DNA of 64,000 nucleotides from an uncultured Myxococcales bacterium (GTDB taxonomy: Bacteria > Myxococcota_A > UBA9042), in assembly GCA_903840165.1 (NCBI GenBank), contig CAIMEY010000017.1, forward strand, positions 1 through 64,000, read 5' to 3'. The notes below the pieces were generated by a model. That model saw only the letters and a program-made list of their open reading frames with translations, had not been told where the DNA came from and made no database searches. This document shows, in pieces, positions 60,601-64,000 of this stretch (within the stretch, counting starts at the first letter, position 1; each line of letters opens with the position of its first letter). The position numbers were made by a program, and so were the translations under genes.

Positions 60601-60692
60601 CAACCGAAGGCAGCGCAAACCAGCGGCGCGGGTGCCGCGATGGGTCCCTTCATGCGCGCCAACTGTGGCTGTAGGCTTGCAAAATCCAACAT
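57606..60692 (-). CDS. Large secreted lipoprotein: myxo-type Cys-rich repeats followed by RCC1-like propeller
   Basis: Signal/lipobox (FLSLLSGCG). At least six 'C(D/E)D.N.CT.D.C....C' modules. At least seven C-terminal 'CWG.N..GQLG' RCC1-like repeats. Confidence 0.75.
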   Translation of the reverse strand: MLDFASLQPQLARMKGPIAAPAPLVCAAFGCFLSLLSGCGLGDVGADLDAYWAAHADGGDVAASDGKTSEIQGIDSVDANTALDAEDSTITPEILDIMPDSVTSEGLVDAADAATEVVSPCQPADCDDGNPCTTGTCLPAGCSQTAIDGPCPDGQACTGPDVCVAGQCQTGPESWVAAAAGESSLFSQFYAVAAEADGNWLAAGVQAQDGQGVLQPRAWLQRRTAQGKLLGNWLSPDGTAASYRLAVPLAGSVLLLGTSGDKNSFLLAINLKPGQEPPPVPQATDWPDQPAAAVLHNGGAVVASTTGSAGAPSLVIERLEDKQIWRKPLALIGDAPVRATALADAGDHLIIAGETVGLAADPVQSYVVSASWEGVKAATAIGVACATGASTHIAALLPVAGGVVAVGRCEIGGISKPWLARLDLSASQVLAQHTWSDWTGQWQAGVASAGDTLILAGKSVAVDQSSQARLVRADLVGTLAWQLLPTTTGGLEAVAASPWGWVAAGSQDKSGLWLRSNPWGGIGCSSGLCAGSDSACEDNNSCTLEACDPVSGCIHVKSTAPCDDGTLCTVADLCSGGQCQGTPLACGDGNPCTLDSCDSSKGCVHLAQDATCDDQDACTVKDVCVTGLCTAGIAISCDDDNPCTLDSCDAKVGCGHQKLGDGTGCGAGLVCAAGACITPWAKTVVAGGNFSCALLTSGSVSCWGADQVKQLGTGDATEQTVPQTVPLPGKALQIAAGSDAACALLQDGTVQCWGNNSHGMLGQVGAIALLSNSTPLAVALPQPVTQIALGDNHACALLQNQTVWCWGDNLHLQAGIVPVGTKVPPTLVGLFGQAAWLAAGSNSTCVRSQSNELKCWGSVDFVANPPADTPPLTLTIKAGASDCTIGDYHLCLRYPDGPPQCWGTNDHGQLGSGVTGKQPLAIPTETVVFAQAAKAIAAGEQFNCAADALGQLACWGDNTVGQCSTTPGVSAVAKALSVPIAAVVAVAAHDNHACAVTVTGAVGCWGDSAWPGVPTKPGAVVYVAASLP

Positions 60693-61157
60693 ACCAACCC
60701 CATATGCACAAACCATTTGGCGCAGTGTACCGATGGTGTGTTGCCGTCGGCAAGATGGCCCAACGGCGACAGCAGGACGACACGGCGACACCACCCGACA
60801 CAGATAGTCGTCAAGGACCGGTTGTCGCGCGCAAGGGGCGACAGCAGCCCTCCAAGGCGGCGAGCGCGGTACGATTGCGGAACTGTTAGCGAGCAAAGCG
60901 CCCAAATCAACAGACAAATCCGGCGGATGGCCTGGCGCGATTGACACACCGCCCCGCGATAAGGAAGATGGCCTGCCGGATGCGGCCCGATGTGACGGCG
61001 CGGCCGCCAAGAGGCGTGCGAATTCATGTTGTTGTGTGAAAGCCTGAATTGGCTTGGGTGCAGGACCGACACGCGTTCCCTCAAGTGCTGGGCACCGGCA
61101 GGCACCGTGGATTTGACCAGTTGTTACGTGTACGACGAATTGTGATGGAGGCAAGGG

Positions 61158-62501
61158 ATGTTCCAGACCAACCCAAGGCAAGCCGCAGGCGCGGACGCCA
61201 TGGTGTTCAGACGAGGCGGAGCCACAGGGCTGCTCGTCTGGCTGGTTGTGACGAGTTGGCTCAGCGGTTGCGGCTCAGCCCTGTTTGAGCGCGCACCAAA
61301 TGCAAAGAAATACAGGGCTTTACCCTTAGGCACAGAGGTCAAGGTCGTGGGCTCCTCCGGTGAGCTACAACAACCAACGGAAATCATTGGTGTACTTCAC
61401 ACGACCACCAAAGGTGATCCGGCCAATCGCGATGAAGCCGCTGGAACTTTACGCGAACATGCCGCGAGGTACGGCTGCGATGGCGTCGCCCACCTAACGT
61501 CGACTCGGCGCGAAATCAAGACCTTGCGCCGCAACCGGAGTTTGGGCCCCAACGGCGTGCCCATCTACACCGATGTGCCTGTGATCTCTGCAGAACACGA
61601 TTGGATCGCCCAGTGCATTCGCTCGGCCGCGGCCCCGGCTGAAGCAGCTGTACAGGTGGCCGCGAACACGCGCAAGCCGGACGTGGATGTCAAGCCCGAG
61701 CCCAAAGCAGAGCCCAAGCCTGTGAAACGCCCCAAGAAACCCGACGTTCAGCCGGAGCCCAAACCGGAACCGAAACTCGAGCCGCGGCCCGAGCCCAAGC
61801 CGGAACCGCGCATCGAGCCCAAGCCCCAAATGCGGCCTGAGCCCAAGCCTGAACCCCGCGTAGAACCCAAGCCAGAACCACGGGTTGAGCCTAAGCCGGA
61901 ACCCCGAATTGAGCCCAAGCCGGAGCCGCGCCCAGAGCCCAAGCCCAAGGTCGAGCCGCCGCCGGTAGCCCCGGCTTTGGACGCGGGCGACCCCAAGCTG
62001 GGGGCTGAGGTCGCTCGCTTCTTTTTGCAATGGAGTGGCGCACTTGAACGCAATGACATCGACAAGATCTGCGCAAGCTTTGACGACACCGTCTTCATCG
62101 ACGTCTCAGCCTCGGCACCGAAGATCCGCATCAAGCAAGAGTTTCCGGTAGAAGCGGCCTGCGAGTCGGTGCGCAACGGCGACCTAGCCGCCTACATTCG
62201 CGATTTTGGCCCGGCCGAAGTTCACTCGGAGCCCAAGATGCTGATTCCAGACCTCTTTCGCATCCACGGCGGTGCCTACTTGCGCCTCGATGACGCCGCC
62301 CAGCGCCGCTATGCGGACGCCGTGATCAAGGGCCGCGAAGGCAAGAAGCAGTTGGCGTGCACCCTTTACAATGTAGTGCCCGCTGAGAATCTCTTTAAAG
62401 TTTCAATGACTTGTAGTGGCGTCAACTCGTTTCGCGTGCTAATGAAGAGAACGGGCGAAAACCAGTTCAAAATCATGCAATTGCAGCACTCTAGGCCCTA
62501 G
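61158..62501 (+). CDS. Lipoprotein with (EPKPEPRx)n proline-rich tandem-repeat linker and a C-terminal globular domain
   Basis: Lipobox LSGCGS. About 11 octapeptide repeats. The C-terminal 150 aa is non-repetitive. Confidence 0.65.
   Translation: MFQTNPRQAAGADAMVFRRGGATGLLVWLVVTSWLSGCGSALFERAPNAKKYRALPLGTEVKVVGSSGELQQPTEIIGVLHTTTKGDPANRDEAAGTLREHAARYGCDGVAHLTSTRREIKTLRRNRSLGPNGVPIYTDVPVISAEHDWIAQCIRSAAAPAEAAVQVAANTRKPDVDVKPEPKAEPKPVKRPKKPDVQPEPKPEPKLEPRPEPKPEPRIEPKPQMRPEPKPEPRVEPKPEPRVEPKPEPRIEPKPEPRPEPKPKVEPPPVAPALDAGDPKLGAEVARFFLQWSGALERNDIDKICASFDDTVFIDVSASAPKIRIKQEFPVEAACESVRNGDLAAYIRDFGPAEVHSEPKMLIPDLFRIHGGAYLRLDDAAQRRYADAVIKGREGKKQLACTLYNVVPAENLFKVSMTCSGVNSFRVLMKRTGENQFKIMQLQHSRP
61680..61960 (+). 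repeat. 24-bp period coding tandem repeat (gagcccaagccggaaccgcgcatc-like), about 11 units
   Basis: Read directly from the sequence. Encodes PEPKPEPR(I/V)E units. Confidence 0.8.
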
Positions 62502-62563
62502 CGCCGCGGGTGAATGGCGAGGCGTCCGCCCAGGCCGCACGCCGCTATCGAGAGAACGCCCGA

Positions 62564-62989
62564 ATGTCGCAAATTCTGCATAATGGCACGTGTTTTGTCT
62601 GCAGCTCACCCGGCACCGGGCGTATCGACGCAACGTTCACGTGGGACGCTCCTGCGGCAGTCTTGCGCTGCGAGGCACTGTTAGGCTCTGCCTGCCAGGG
62701 CCCACCCGGATTTGCCCATGGCGGCGCACTGTTCGCGCTACTTGACGAGGCCATGGGCGGCGCGTGCTGGATGAGCGGGCTGCGCGTCCTGTCAGCCCAC
62801 GTCGGCATCGATTATCGGCGACCGGTACCTCTGGGCAGCACGGTGATCTTGGCCGCACAAGTCGTGAAGATCGACGGACGAAAAGTCTATACTACTGCAA
62901 CTTTACATGTCGATGGCGTCTTGGCTACGGAGGCTGACGGTCTATTCGTCGCCAGCGAACGCCACAACTGGGACGTACTGCCCCATTAG
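62564..62989 (+). CDS. Hotdog-fold thioesterase (PaaI/YbgC-like)
   Basis: 'GFAHGGALFALLDEAMGGACW' plus a 'VVKIDGRKVYTTATL' central-helix/beta-sheet arrangement. Confidence 0.7.
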   Translation: MSQILHNGTCFVCSSPGTGRIDATFTWDAPAAVLRCEALLGSACQGPPGFAHGGALFALLDEAMGGACWMSGLRVLSAHVGIDYRRPVPLGSTVILAAQVVKIDGRKVYTTATLHVDGVLATEADGLFVASERHNWDVLPH

Positions 62990-63148
62990 GCGAGGCGACC
63001 GCATATTTCGCTCGAATGACGCGGATATGCCAGGGGTGAGCGGGGGACCGGCCCTGCTAGAACAGCGCAAAGGCGATCGGACGGCTGCAGGTCGGCATGG
63101 CTCCTCAGGGACCAGCACCGACCTTTCGCGCCAAAAGGCAAAGATTCC

Positions 63149-64000
63149 AATGCACTACTTTCGGCACATCGGCGTAGTGGGATTCACACTGGCCTCATGC
63201 CTGCTCCTAGGCCGGCCAGCGCATGGCGCACCTTTGGAGAAAACGGTTCCAATGACGGGGGCTTGCGTTGCAGACCCCGACGGAGCCCTGTCTTTGGCCA
63301 CCAATCCGGCTGGACTAGCAGGTTCGCGGGGCTACGACACCCGCCTGCTGATCGACGTGGGTGCCCAGCGCTTTGGCAATACCTCGAATTCACTGACCAC
63401 TTTGGGTCCGAGTTGGGGCGCATTCGCCTCCCTTCCCCTGGGCCCCGTGGCCCTCGCTGGCAGTCTCGAACGCGCCTCGGTGCCGGGCGAAGGACTGCCT
63501 TGGTACGGCCGCACGCGCGCAAGTTGGGGCATTGCCGCACAGCTATTTGAGCGACTTTCCCTTGGCGCAGCCATGCGTTGGCAAAACACCACCTCGGGCC
63601 AGTGGTACGCCTGGGATGCCGGCCTGCTGCTGAGGCCGTGGTCCTGGCTGTCCTTGGGCGGTCGCCTGTCGGGATTGCACAGTGATACGGCGATGTTGGC
63701 AGCGGATGCGCCGCTAACACGATGGACCTTGGGTGCTGCTGTCCGCCCGACGGCCAGCGATCGACTAACCCTTCGTTTTGATTGGGAAGCGCCGGATACC
63801 CTCGGCCACCGCGCTTGGACCGGAGGAATCGGCCTTCGTGTCGTCGATGGCCTGCAACTACTTGCAACGTATCGGGATGCCCTGGTGGGTTCAGACGCGG
63901 CAGCCCTGGGCCACGACCAAACCATCGGCGTGGCCTTGAGCCTCGGCTTTGGCAGGCACGGCGTAGATTTGAGCAGTCGTTCCATGACCTTCCCCGATGC
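63149..64000 (+). CDS. Outer-membrane beta-barrel protein, partial (runs off the window end), FadL-like N-terminus
   Basis: An open frame from ATG 63149 with signal peptide (MHYFRHIGVVGFTLASCLLLGRPAHGA), 'SLATNPAGLAGS', and amphipathic beta-strand periodicity. The overlapping minus-strand ORFs are Arg-rich and low-complexity. Confidence 0.6.

Noticed and set aside
63184-63985. Two overlapping minus-strand ORFs (227 and 217 aa)
   Set aside because: They are Arg/Pro-rich and overlap each other in different frames. The opposite strand encodes a convincing signal-peptide beta-barrel protein that continues past the window end.
1-64000. CRISPR arrays, rRNA, tRNA
   Set aside because: No regularly spaced direct repeats with unique spacers and no rRNA-like conserved blocks were seen. 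tRNAs cannot be excluded by eye, so tRNAscan or Aragorn should be run.

Overview
This 64-kb window is medium/high-GC bacterial chromosome, most likely from a Myxococcota/Bradymonas-like delta-lineage. The evidence for that lineage is the number of secreted lipoproteins carrying 'C-x-D-x-N-P-C-T-x-D-x-C' cysteine-rich repeats and RCC1-like propellers.

The left 8 kb is an accessory region. It holds an IS4-like DDE transposase ORF and a frameshifted, 5'-truncated IS630-family transposase remnant. These are followed by a compositionally atypical five-gene minus-strand operon (3457-7748) with 4-nt start/stop overlaps. Four of its genes have no recognisable homology. The fifth is a lipoprotein combining beta-propeller-like repeats with a C-terminal myxo-type Cys-rich module. 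This operon is the best candidate in the window for an undescribed system.

The rest of the window is mostly housekeeping: leuS, thrS, ung, truD, nadA, SOD, dCMP deaminase, an M32 carboxypeptidase, a class-V PLP enzyme, an SNF2/SWIM helicase, a flotillin, PhoD, a class III adenylate cyclase, and a conserved RDD-SpoIIM-like-DUF4129/DUF4350-MoxR-DUF58 cluster. Interspersed among these are large secreted proteins with eukaryote-like modules: RCC1 repeats (two genes), a fibrinogen-related domain, and two somatomedin-B-like domains.

Two families of short structured intergenic repeats are present: a triple-hairpin REP-like element (3 copies) and a ~120-nt element bounded by an inverted CTAGTAC motif (2 copies). 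I identified no rRNA, tRNA or CRISPR arrays by eye.
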